Origin: Oligoflexus sp.
Lineage (GTDB): Bacteria > Bdellovibrionota_B > Oligoflexia > Oligoflexales > Oligoflexaceae
Length of the DNA: 24,273 bases
Assembly (NCBI GenBank): GCA_041736305.1
Contig: JBGSTX010000386.1
Coordinates: forward strand, 1-24,273
Direction of reading: 5' to 3'
Position 1 is the first letter of the stretch, and each line of letters starts with the position of its first letter. The translations under genes and the position numbers were made by a program. Under the pieces are notes generated by a model. It was not told the DNA's origin and did no database searches. It was given only the letters and a program-made list of their open reading frames with translations. This document shows, in pieces, positions 1 through 7,835 of the stretch.

Positions 1-575
1 TTACCGAAACGCAAACTCTACTTCACATCGATGATCTTACCGGTCTCTATAACCACCGTTATCTAGAACTCTCACTTGACCGGGAAATCAAGCGCGCGCA
101 GCGTTATAATTCATCCTTCTGTCTGCTCTTCATCGATCTCGACGACTTCAAGCCAGTCAACGATCAGCACGGTCACCTCGCGGGCAGTCAGGTGCTGAAG
201 GAAGTCTCGCATATTCTCAAGCAGACAGTGCGGGATGTGGATCTTGTCTTCCGCTATGGTGGGGATGAATTCGTTATACTGCTGATTGAATCGGAAGCTA
301 AGGCCGGCTACAAGACGGCGCTCCGGATCCGTGATCGCATACAGGCCACCAAGTTCGAGGTGCAGCCCGAGCGCTTTGCCCAGGTGACCTCGTCGATTGG
401 GGTCGCAGCTTTTCCTGATCACGGCACCGAAAAAGAGAGATTGCTCGCTAAAGCTGATGAATGTATGTACGAGAGTAAGCGCAACGGTAAGAACCGTGTG
501 GTTTTGGTCGGAGCGCCGCTCACTAGCGCAACACCGGCCCCGAGTGAGGACGCCAATCCATGGTACCAAAAATAG
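1..575 (+). CDS. Diguanylate cyclase (GGDEF domain), 5'-truncated by the window edge
   Basis: Frame is open from position 3: IDDLTGLYNHRY...LLFIDLDDFKPVNDQHGHLAGSQVL...RDVDLVFRYGGDEF...SIGVA...KADECMYESKRNGKN. The GGDEF motif is intact and an RxxD inhibitory site (RDVD) sits at the canonical spacing. The ORF-track start at 192 is internal. Confidence 0.96.
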   Translation, partial: TETQTLLHIDDLTGLYNHRYLELSLDREIKRAQRYNSSFCLLFIDLDDFKPVNDQHGHLAGSQVLKEVSHILKQTVRDVDLVFRYGGDEFVILLIESEAKAGYKTALRIRDRIQATKFEVQPERFAQVTSSIGVAAFPDHGTEKERLLAKADECMYESKRNGKNRVVLVGAPLTSATPAPSEDANPWYQK

Positions 576-1117
576 AAGAGCTCAAAGGACGTTCGCCAGC
601 CGAGAGCGAAACTATTATGTCCGAGCTCATACTTCCTCAGCACACTAATTCACTTGGTACAGTGTTCGGGGGAGTAGTGATGTCTTGGGTCGATATCGCG
701 GCTGCCATCTGCGCCGAGCGACATGCTCGTAAACAGGTGGTGACGGCTTCGGTCGATGCGATGCAGTTCTTAGCTCCCGTGCGACTCGGTTGGACTATGT
801 CGTTGCGCGCTTCGATCAATTATGTTTGGAAAACTAGTGCCGAAATAGGCGTCAAAGTCATGGCCGAAAACCTACGTACAGGTGAGAGTTTTCATACGGC
901 TTCTGCTTATGTGACGATGGTAGCTCTCGACAGCAATGGTCGCCCGACGGCAATGCCGCCGATTCTCCCCGATACTCCGACCCAGTGGCGGCGTTATGAA
1001 GAGGCTAAGTTTCGGCGCGCCACGCGGCTGGAGATGAAGAGGCAGAATGCCGAGCGGCAGGCCCTGAGAGAAGCCGACGCAACGGCACCTAAGCCCAGCG
1101 ATTTGGGCAATACCTGA
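560..1117 (+). CDS. Acyl-CoA thioesterase (hotdog fold, YciA/4HBT-like)
   Basis: Motifs ILPQHTNSLGTVFGGVVMSWVD, VVTASVDAMQFLAPV, SAEIGVKV and AYVTMVALD. GAGGA RBS upstream; overlaps the GGDEF gene end by 16 nt. Confidence 0.93.
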   Translation: MVPKIEELKGRSPAESETIMSELILPQHTNSLGTVFGGVVMSWVDIAAAICAERHARKQVVTASVDAMQFLAPVRLGWTMSLRASINYVWKTSAEIGVKVMAENLRTGESFHTASAYVTMVALDSNGRPTAMPPILPDTPTQWRRYEEAKFRRATRLEMKRQNAERQALREADATAPKPSDLGNT

Positions 1118-1124
1118 GGAAATA

Positions 1125-2453
1125 ATGCTCGCACCTTCCACATGTCTTCGAACTCTTCGTCGTTTCATCCAAATCCGCCTCCTCCTCGTCTTTGTCTGCT
1201 TCAGCTTTTGCGTATTCGGAGGAGCCTTCGGCTCCTCTGCGTCTGCTCGCGACTGGAGTATCAAGGAGGTGCCGCAGGATCTGGATCAAGTCGATATCTA
1301 TCTGCATACGGTGGATGTGGGTAATCTGGTCTTCAACAACTTTGGGCATACGGCCGTGCGAGTTCACGACCGGCTCGGCCGTCGGGATGTCGTCTATAAC
1401 TGGGGAATCTTTGACTTCGGCGATCCTTTGAGTTTTTCCCTGCGTTTTTATAAGGGTATTCTCTTCTACAGTCTGGGCGTCTATCCCTATCCCCGGGTAC
1501 TCGAAGCTTATAAGGATGAAGGCCGAAGTGTTTGGCAGGATAAGCTCAACCTGAATGCGGAGGAGAAGAAACGTCTCATCGAACGGCTTATCTGGAATGC
1601 ACAGCCTGAAAATCGTCAATATTCCTATCAGTATTTTTTCGATAATTGTTCGACTCGCCCTCGCGATTATATCGATGAGGCTATCGAAGGCCGTCTCAAG
1701 AGAGGGACCGTGGCTAGCCTCACCCCAGTAAATTTTCGCGATATGATGATGGACGGCTACAAGTATAATCCCGGCATCGACTTGTTTCTCGACCTCGCTA
1801 TGAACAATCGCCTCGATCGGCCGATCTCAGTCTGGGAGAAGATGTTCCATCCAATCGCACTGAGGGATACCCTCCTGAAGACCAAGCTGGAAGAACGGCC
1901 GCTGGTCAGTTCGAGTGAAAATTTGGCTACATTTAATGGCCCCAACTCTTATGAGGGGCTTGCCTATCCGGTTTTTCTCATCGTCTTCGGGGTGCCTTTG
2001 CTGCTTGTGACGATTGGGTTTTTCCTGCTGAAAGAGCGGGTGTGGCTCTATCGATCTTTTGCTATTGTATCTCTGCCACTCCTGGCCTTCGGGGCCTTTA
2101 TGGGCGTTCTTATGCCCTTGACCTGGGCGGTGTCTGCGCATTTGGATCTGCATCATAACGCCTTGCAGTTGCTCTTCTGGCCTCTGGATTTTCTCCTCGT
2201 CCCTTTGGTGTTGGGACTACTCTGGCGAGGCCGAGCCTTGCGCATGCAGGCGAGAAATCTTAAAATAGTTCGCACCTATATTATCGCCCATCTCCTCGTG
2301 AGCATGCTTTTACCAGTGCTTAGGTCTCTGGATTTGATTCAGCAAAATGTTGATAGAGCCTTGGTCTACGTTCTTCCCCCCTATCTCGTGATCATTTTTA
2401 TTTTGCTGCGAGTGGGTTTCAAGAACGATCAGGAGGGAGTGAAGGCTTCGTGA
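1125..2453 (+). CDS. DUF4105-domain membrane protein (Lnb-like lipoprotein N-acyltransferase candidate)
   Basis: Signal peptide, motifs FGHTAVRV, YNWGIFDF and YQYFFDNCSTR, then about 5 hydrophobic C-terminal segments. This is the DUF4105/Lnb architecture with His and Cys retained. Confidence 0.85.
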   Translation: MLAPSTCLRTLRRFIQIRLLLVFVCFSFCVFGGAFGSSASARDWSIKEVPQDLDQVDIYLHTVDVGNLVFNNFGHTAVRVHDRLGRRDVVYNWGIFDFGDPLSFSLRFYKGILFYSLGVYPYPRVLEAYKDEGRSVWQDKLNLNAEEKKRLIERLIWNAQPENRQYSYQYFFDNCSTRPRDYIDEAIEGRLKRGTVASLTPVNFRDMMMDGYKYNPGIDLFLDLAMNNRLDRPISVWEKMFHPIALRDTLLKTKLEERPLVSSSENLATFNGPNSYEGLAYPVFLIVFGVPLLLVTIGFFLLKERVWLYRSFAIVSLPLLAFGAFMGVLMPLTWAVSAHLDLHHNALQLLFWPLDFLLVPLVLGLLWRGRALRMQARNLKIVRTYIIAHLLVSMLLPVLRSLDLIQQNVDRALVYVLPPYLVIIFILLRVGFKNDQEGVKAS

Positions 2454-3094
2454 TCATCGATAAGGCAGCCCAATTTTTGGACGAGCAGCGCGAGGACTTG
2501 GTCGACTTCATTTTCCGACTCACATCGGACCGTGGGCGAGCTGGTGTCATGGGCCGTGAGGCTATTAGACAATTGCAGGACGAATTGGCTTCAATGCCAG
2601 AGCCGGATGAGCTTAAGATGCGGCTATTTCAGCGAGCCTATGAGCTGAATGAAGAGGCTTTGCGGCCTCTGCAGCATGGATTTCTCGAAGATTATTTTCG
2701 CTTTCATATAAGCGACGTGAAAACCCTGGGACGCTACTATCGCTGGGAGCTCTTCCTCATCCAGCTCAACCAGTACTCGAGTCTTTTGCTTCTGCTCATC
2801 TATCGCTACGGCTTTGATGAGGCGGGAGCAGCCTTCGTTTTAGGGCGCGAAACCGATGATATTAAGGAAGAAGTGAAGGCGCTCTTGAGGCTGGTTAAGA
2901 AGCAGAAATTTGAGCTTGAGGATCTACGCGGCCTGCCGCGCTATGGATTTATCGAGAAGCCGTTGACGAGTCAGACCTCACTCAGCCATGTTTCAAGGGG
3001 CCTGCAGCCTCGGCGACGCTATCGCTGGGTTTTTTCCCTTATTGGCGTCGGTCTTATCATTGCTGGTGTCTATTATTTACTGAAAATCGCCTGA
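2450..3094 (+). CDS. Hypothetical protein resembling a degenerate ECF sigma factor with a C-terminal transmembrane helix
   Basis: GTG start overlaps the upstream stop (GTGA), with a GGAGGGAG RBS. Region-2-like REDLVDFIFRLTSDRGRA...LFQRAYEL; region-4-like QLNQYSSLLLLLIYRYGFDEAGAAFVLGRETDDIKEEV; tail RRRYR-WVFSLIGVGLIIAGVYYLL. The CDS is likely real; the function is tentative. Confidence 0.6.
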   Translation: MIIDKAAQFLDEQREDLVDFIFRLTSDRGRAGVMGREAIRQLQDELASMPEPDELKMRLFQRAYELNEEALRPLQHGFLEDYFRFHISDVKTLGRYYRWELFLIQLNQYSSLLLLLIYRYGFDEAGAAFVLGRETDDIKEEVKALLRLVKKQKFELEDLRGLPRYGFIEKPLTSQTSLSHVSRGLQPRRRYRWVFSLIGVGLIIAGVYYLLKIA

Positions 3095-3203
3095 ACCTTT
3101 TCTATGTCCTATACTTGCTTAAAAAAGCATTAGCTTAGAAGTATTCATTTGTGTATTCCAAGCAATCAATTTAACTCAATAATTTCAACAACCTATTAGA
3201 GAC

Positions 3204-3232
3204 TTGGAATTCTCTACACGTTTGCGTATAAT
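3204..3232 (+). promoter_or_regulatory. Sigma70-type promoter of the toxin-antitoxin operon
   Basis: TTGGAA (3204-3209), a 17-bp spacer, then TATAAT (3227-3232). Followed by the RBS GAGGAGGT (3238-3245) and ATG at 3251. Confidence 0.75.
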
Positions 3233-3250
3233 AGACAGAGGAGGTATCGT

Positions 3251-3778
3251 ATGCTCCCCGAAGGACTATCCATTTTTATTAAACACCGACGTCAAGAACT
3301 TGAACTCACACAAAAAGAGTTTGCCGAACGATATGGCCTTTCCATTCGAGCGCTTCGTTCATTAGAGCAGGGCAATTACAATGTTCTATTGACGTCAGCA
3401 CTAGAAATACTGAATGCGCTTGGATATGAGCTCGTTCCGGGTGACTTTGTTTACAAAAAGCCTGATAGTCTCCTCCGCCCGCAACTTTCGCTGCAGTCTA
3501 TCATTGACCGACTGCGAACTTATAAGCCTACTTTAGAGAAGAGGTTCGCAGTAGATAAAGTTGCGGTCTTTGGCTCAATTGCCAGAAACGAGCAAGAGGT
3601 GGATTCGGATATTGATCTACTTGTAGAGTTCAAGCGTAAAGCTAGCCTTAAAGACGAGGCAGCACTTCTTGAATACATTAAGCGCATTTTAGATTCGTCT
3701 CGCATCGATCTAGTGCGCATAGACCGATTAAGTCTCGATTTCTATAAAAGCATCGAAAAAGACTTAAAATATGCGTAA
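3251..3778 (+). CDS. XRE-family HTH fused to a minimal nucleotidyltransferase (MntA-like antitoxin)
   Basis: N-terminal IKHRRQELELTQKEFAERYGLSIRALRSLEQG is an XRE HTH. C-terminal VAVFGSIARNEQEVDSDIDLLVEF is the GSx10DxD MNT motif, followed by RIDLV. Confidence 0.9.
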   Translation: MLPEGLSIFIKHRRQELELTQKEFAERYGLSIRALRSLEQGNYNVLLTSALEILNALGYELVPGDFVYKKPDSLLRPQLSLQSIIDRLRTYKPTLEKRFAVDKVAVFGSIARNEQEVDSDIDLLVEFKRKASLKDEAALLEYIKRILDSSRIDLVRIDRLSLDFYKSIEKDLKYA

Positions 3779-4151
3779 GAAAAGCCCTGCGATTATCATT
3801 GATTATTGCCAGAGGATAGTCACAAGCTATCAAATCGTATCCGAGCACGTTAAGGCTCTGGAGAGAGATGGACTATGGAAACTTGGCAATCTCTATTTCG
3901 ATGCTGTTGCAATGCAGCTTGAAGTGATCTCAGAATATGTTTGCAAGCTTCTCGACAACACAGGCGACTTTGGTCAGCAGCTCCCTTACCTCTATCCCGA
4001 AGTCCCGTGGAGTCAGATTCATAGGTTTCGACAGCTTCTGGCCCATTGGTATATTGACAAAGTTTCTCCAGATGACGTCAAAGATATTCTCAAAAATTCG
4101 CTCCCTCTCCTGATCGATACCATCAAGAAAATTGAAAGCGATCTTTCCTAG
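3771..4151 (+). CDS. HEPN/DUF86 ribonuclease toxin (HepT-like)
   Basis: DAVAMQLEVISE...YPEVPWSQIHRFRQLLAHWY contains the Rx4HxY motif. 126 aa; overlaps the MNT gene end by 8 nt. Confidence 0.88.
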   Translation: MRKKSPAIIIDYCQRIVTSYQIVSEHVKALERDGLWKLGNLYFDAVAMQLEVISEYVCKLLDNTGDFGQQLPYLYPEVPWSQIHRFRQLLAHWYIDKVSPDDVKDILKNSLPLLIDTIKKIESDLS

Positions 4152-4310
4152 CTGACGCTCTATGCATTTGGCTCATAGACTTTTTGAGATAGGCTTGAGT
4201 CAGCTTAGGCTTCGTGACTTTCCTTATTGAAATCTCGCAGGACAATCGTAGAGTTCGGGTACCTGAAATCCAGGGATCTGCCTTTGTCAATTGTCCAAGA
4301 AAGGATGCTC

Positions 4311-5045
4311 ATGAAGCTTTTACGCCCTGCTTCACTGTCTTTTGTGCTCAGTACGCTTCTCGCCGGATCGGCCCACGGTGCCCCACTCAGTCTGGAATCG
4401 GCTCCCTTCAACAGCCAGACCAAGCTGGTCGAATTCGCTGACTTCTTTAATAAGAATTTGGCGGGTAAGGTATTCCCTTCTTCTAACAGGGACCGCCCTT
4501 ATCAAGATAAGATTATCGACTACGAATATGACATCTCCTATTACGGCATGGAGCTTGATCCTGCCGGTGGTTTGAGCTTTAAGTCCACTTACAATATTAA
4601 GCGTCTCATTTACTCGGTGGATCAAAAAGGCAAAAAGACCGGCGAACCTACCATCAAGCAAAACACGCAGACTTCGCAGTGCTCTCTGCATCAGATGACT
4701 AAGACAACGAATGAGCTGACGGGACTCTGCGCTAAGATCGCTGACAATAATCCTGGGGCCAGCATTCTTGGTATTGGTCGTCAGCTGCGCATTCTTGAGC
4801 TCAGCGACAAGCGCCTCGTCTGGAAAGACAATACGCTAGGCTACGTCGAAGGCTTCTTGCTCGATAAAAAAGGCTACTCACCGCAGTTTGAAATTCAGAC
4901 CGTGAGCTTTGAACTCCAGGGCGACGATGCGAAGTCGCTCGTGATGAATAAGAAAGTAAGCACCTATAACTATGATCTCAGCACCGAGCAAGTCGGCTCG
5001 CTCTTGACTGAAACTGCTAGCACCTCTACAGCCAGCCCACTCTAA
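4311..5045 (+). CDS. Secreted hypothetical protein (beta-rich)
   Basis: ATG 4311 follows an AGAAAGGA RBS and gives a clean Sec signal, MKLLRPASLSFVLSTLLAGSAHG-A. The ORF-track start at 4227 is probably too far upstream. No family recognised. Confidence 0.8.
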   Translation: MKLLRPASLSFVLSTLLAGSAHGAPLSLESAPFNSQTKLVEFADFFNKNLAGKVFPSSNRDRPYQDKIIDYEYDISYYGMELDPAGGLSFKSTYNIKRLIYSVDQKGKKTGEPTIKQNTQTSQCSLHQMTKTTNELTGLCAKIADNNPGASILGIGRQLRILELSDKRLVWKDNTLGYVEGFLLDKKGYSPQFEIQTVSFELQGDDAKSLVMNKKVSTYNYDLSTEQVGSLLTETASTSTASPL

Positions 5046-5054
5046 GACTTAAAA

Positions 5055-5075
5055 GAGGGGAATTTTATTCCCCTC
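5055..5075 (+). terminator. Terminator-like hairpin
   Basis: GAGGGGAAT-TTT-ATTCCCCTC is a perfect 9-bp stem 10 nt after the stop at 5045. It is followed only by a weak T tract (ATTTCC) and preceded by AAAA. Confidence 0.5.
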
Positions 5076-5087
5076 ATTTCCTGCAAG

Positions 5088-5666
5088 GTGAAGCCTATGC
5101 TCTTCTCTAAGAATATTTGTTCGAGTCTGATATTGAGTGCCGCTTTAAGCCTTGGTTTCGGCGCTAGCAGCCTTGCAGCGGCGGAGACTCCCCCAGCTGC
5201 TGCTAGTAAGAAGGCATCTGTTAATGCTAGCGATCTCACGGAAGTGATACAGGTCCTCTATATCTCTAATATGTCTGCTGTCGCACAGACAGAAGTCGTT
5301 CTGGCCAAAGACCCTGACGCTGGCCTGAAGGGCTTCGCCGAGATGTCGCAGGCGGTCCATAGCGCGATGCTTAAGGAAGTTAAGGATTTAGCAGTCCTTA
5401 AAAACGTGGGTCTCGAATTGGGGGATTTAACCGCAACTTCACAGCTGGTTAAGACCAATGTCGAACGCGATCTGCTGATTCTGGCTGGAAAGCGTGAAGA
5501 AGAATTCCGCCCTGCTTTTCTCAGTATCGTCAGCTATCAATATCAGAAGATGGTGAAAGTCCTTGAACAAATTGAGGGCGAGAATCAAGACAGCGAACTG
5601 CGGGCTCTAGCCGCCGACTTCAGAAATCGTCTGCTCGCTTTGACGGCTAAGGCCGAGGCTCTTTAA
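5088..5666 (+). CDS. DUF4142-like exported helical protein
   Basis: Signal peptide (...SAALSLGFGASSLAAA), then SNMSAVAQTEVVLAK...LKGFAEMSQAVHSAMLKEVKDLA, matching the DUF4142 pattern (N..E....A....vk.FA..M...H......L..LA) in divergent form. The start may be ATG 5097. Confidence 0.7.
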   Translation: MKPMLFSKNICSSLILSAALSLGFGASSLAAAETPPAAASKKASVNASDLTEVIQVLYISNMSAVAQTEVVLAKDPDAGLKGFAEMSQAVHSAMLKEVKDLAVLKNVGLELGDLTATSQLVKTNVERDLLILAGKREEEFRPAFLSIVSYQYQKMVKVLEQIEGENQDSELRALAADFRNRLLALTAKAEAL

Positions 5667-5696
5667 ATTCATCAAAAATTCTCTGCGTTTTTCCCC

Positions 5697-5725
5697 GGAG
5701 CTGATTTCCTAGAGAAATCAGCTCC
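5697..5725. terminator. 12-bp perfect hairpin between convergent transcription units
   Basis: GGAGCTGATTTC-CTAGA-GAAATCAGCTCC. There is no good U tract on either strand, so a terminator role is uncertain. Confidence 0.5.
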
Positions 5726-5854
5726 CATCCGCTGCACATCCTAAGATCCTGAAGTTTTTGAGACATGCACAACTATTTCTACGCTTACATGTCGCTCCCA
5801 TGAACAGCTTTGAGTTGGTTTTCGACCAGCTGCTTTCAGCCCTTGGAAGCTAGT

Positions 5855-5980
5855 CGGTTTCCGAGCCGGGTCGTAAAGCTTCGCCCAAGGATTCGAGCGT
5901 TTTTGCAGAAGATCATTGAAGATCATGCCGGCGATCGTCCCATGAGTCAGCCCGTTGCCGGTGACATGTGCTTCTCCTGG
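5855..5980 (-). pseudogene. Fragment of a FAD-dependent oxidoreductase (YhfW-like DAO/Rieske family)
   Basis: PGEAHVTGNGLTHGTIAGMIFNDLLQKRSNPWAKLYDPARKP resembles the conserved segment ...VYVATGDSGNGMTHGTIAGMLLxDLIxGRxNPWxxLYDPxR. Flanking domains are absent and there are small internal deletions. Confidence 0.7.
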
Positions 5981-6053
5981 GTAAGGCGATCGGCTTGGTC
6001 CGCCGCGCATGCCTATCCTACCTTCGCTTTTGGAGAGAGCACAAGAAATCTTC

Positions 6054-6572
6054 TCACTCAGCTTCGCTATCCTCAGCAGCATTTTCTTGATTTTTCCCAG
6101 GATTTTCGCTCTTTTCTGGCTTATTTACCTGACCCAGAGCTTTGCCTTTGCCATTTCCCTTGCCGACTCCGTCTTGCAAAGCTTTCGCAATGCTTGCCAA
6201 ATCGATACTGGGAAGACTACCAAGGGCCTTCATTTCAGGGACACTGACTATAGCAGAGGCAATTTTTTCGACTCCTGAACCTCGCACCTCAGAATCGGCG
6301 ATTGCACCGTGGCAAGATTCGCAATGTTTTGCGTAAAGAGCAGTTCCAGCCATGACGAGTGGATCAGCAGATTTTTCTTCACTATCCTCCACCTCGCCAG
6401 CAATCCCTTTTGCTGCCTCAGCATTGCTTGATCCTGGTGCGATGCTTTCTTGAATAGCTGCAAGAGTTGCGGGATCCCCAGGTTCATTTTCGTCTTTGCT
6501 ACAGGCAGCGGTGAAACTTAGAGAGACGAGAAGCAAGATCTGAGCGGATAAACGATTAGATATAAGATTCAC
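6054..6572 (-). CDS. Monohaem c-type cytochrome lipoprotein
   Basis: GTG start after a GGAG RBS; lipobox FTAA-C; GTALYAKH-CESCH haem motif; candidate distal Met in VPEM; low-complexity linker and G/K-rich tail. Confidence 0.88.
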   Translation of the reverse strand: MNLISNRLSAQILLLVSLSFTAACSKDENEPGDPATLAAIQESIAPGSSNAEAAKGIAGEVEDSEEKSADPLVMAGTALYAKHCESCHGAIADSEVRGSGVEKIASAIVSVPEMKALGSLPSIDLASIAKALQDGVGKGNGKGKALGQVNKPEKSENPGKNQENAAEDSEAE

Positions 6573-6618
6573 GGTTTTTCTCCATTACTGGTTTCGTAAT
6601 TCATTGTGTGCAGATTAT

Positions 6619-6645
6619 TTATCGGTAGGCGTGGTAAAAACTTTA
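6619..6645 (-). promoter_or_regulatory. Sigma28 (FliA)-type promoter for the cytochrome c gene
   Basis: The minus strand reads TAAAGTTT-TTACCACGCCT(11 bp)-ACCGATAA against the consensus TAAAGTTT-N11-GCCGATAA (15/16 match, exact spacing). It lies 46 nt upstream of the start codon. Confidence 0.8.
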
Positions 6646-6695
6646 ATGGCGCGGATTAAGTTAATAATTGCAGCGGTATTGAACAAGGTATTGGG

Positions 6696-6920
6696 TGCAA
6701 ATTCCGGCATTTTGGGGGGCGGTTGGGTTTGGATAATGACTACATGGGCGCCCAATTATTAGCGCTCTGAAGGGTAAGGAATCGGCATCATGCAGAAAAC
6801 GGCAGGAGAGTAGAAATCCCTAGGAATCATCATCAATATTTCTAGGATCTTGCAGATTTTACTCATGTGCAGGAAATTCTTTGCCGAAGAGGTAAACAAG
6901 CTGAGTGCAAAAAACCGGCA
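6696..6920. repeat. Three copies of a TGCA-N5/6-CGGCA pseudo-palindromic motif
   Basis: TGCAAATTCCGGCA (6696-6709), TGCAGAAAACGGCA (6791-6804) and TGCAAAAAACCGGCA (6906-6920), all in one intergenic region. Confidence 0.55.
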
Positions 6921-6962
6921 GTCGGCAAGGTCCATGGGTATTAGCCTAAGACTGGAGTAGAT

Positions 6963-7835
6963 ATGACAGCTCGATCCAAACTCATAGCTGCTATAGCGAA
7001 GCGCGTAAGCGTCAGTCGCTATCTTGACTACCGTGAATATCTGGAGGCTCTTTATAAGACCTTGAAGCAGGAGCTCGCTACTTATTCCTATCTGAGCTTT
7101 GCTGAGGATCTTGGCTTTTCGAAAACTAATGTTGTCCACTTAATGATTAAGGGTAAGCGCCCTCTTTCAAGTAAAGCTGCCCACAAGCTAGCTGACATCC
7201 TTGACCTGCGCGGTACTGATAGGAAGTATTTTGAAGATTTAGTAGCCTATCAAAATAGCCGTGACTCGCAAGAGCGCGAAGCCCTCTTTCAAGATATGGT
7301 CGAACTGAAGACTAAAGAAGTCAAAGCTGAAGATGAGCTCGTGGCTCAGCTTGAATTTTTTACCGATTGGTTTCATAGCGCCATTTACGAGCTTAGTTTT
7401 ACTAAGCAGTTCGTATCGGATCCCAAGGAATTAGCTGTTCTGCTTTCACCGAGGATTCGCCCCGAGCAGGCTCGTCGCAGCTTGGAGCTCTTGGAAAGGC
7501 TGGGATTGATCGCTAAATCGCCGGAGACGGGTAGCTATGGGCCTACCAAAGGCAGAATAAGTACCGGCGACGAGATTGCCTCGCTCGCTATCACTCGCTA
7601 TCATCAGCGCATGATTGAGATGGGTAAGGAATCGCTCACAAGTGTGGATTCTACTTTGCGGGATATTAGTTCAATATCAATAGCCATACCCGCAAATCTA
7701 ATGCCCGAGTTGAAAAAAGAGATCAGTCAGTTCAGGAAGAAGCTGCTAGCGATGGCTAGCGAAAGTCAGGAGCCCGATACTGTGTATCAGATGAACGTAC
7801 AGCTGTTTCCGCTGACCAAGAAGAAAGGAGTATGA
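6963..7835 (+). CDS. TIGR02147-family protein (HTH plus DUF4423-like domain), putative regulator
   Basis: YLDYREYL...YSYLSFAEDLGFS...GKRPLS...YFEDLV...WFHSAIYEL...ARRSLELLERLGLI...YHQRMIE...RDISSISI...VYQMNVQLFPLT. 290 aa; GGAG RBS. Confidence 0.9.
   Translation: MTARSKLIAAIAKRVSVSRYLDYREYLEALYKTLKQELATYSYLSFAEDLGFSKTNVVHLMIKGKRPLSSKAAHKLADILDLRGTDRKYFEDLVAYQNSRDSQEREALFQDMVELKTKEVKAEDELVAQLEFFTDWFHSAIYELSFTKQFVSDPKELAVLLSPRIRPEQARRSLELLERLGLIAKSPETGSYGPTKGRISTGDEIASLAITRYHQRMIEMGKESLTSVDSTLRDISSISIAIPANLMPELKKEISQFRKKLLAMASESQEPDTVYQMNVQLFPLTKKKGV

Noticed and set aside
4240-4296. Minus-strand resemblance to a c-di-GMP-I riboswitch (AAAGGCAGA...CTACG)
   Set aside because: It lacks the GNRA tetraloop, the GCAAA elements and a P3 stem, and it is antisense to the downstream gene.
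6693-6732. G-rich tract as a potential G-quadruplex
   Set aside because: There are only three separable runs of three or more G; two-tier quadruplex patterns are too common to be meaningful.
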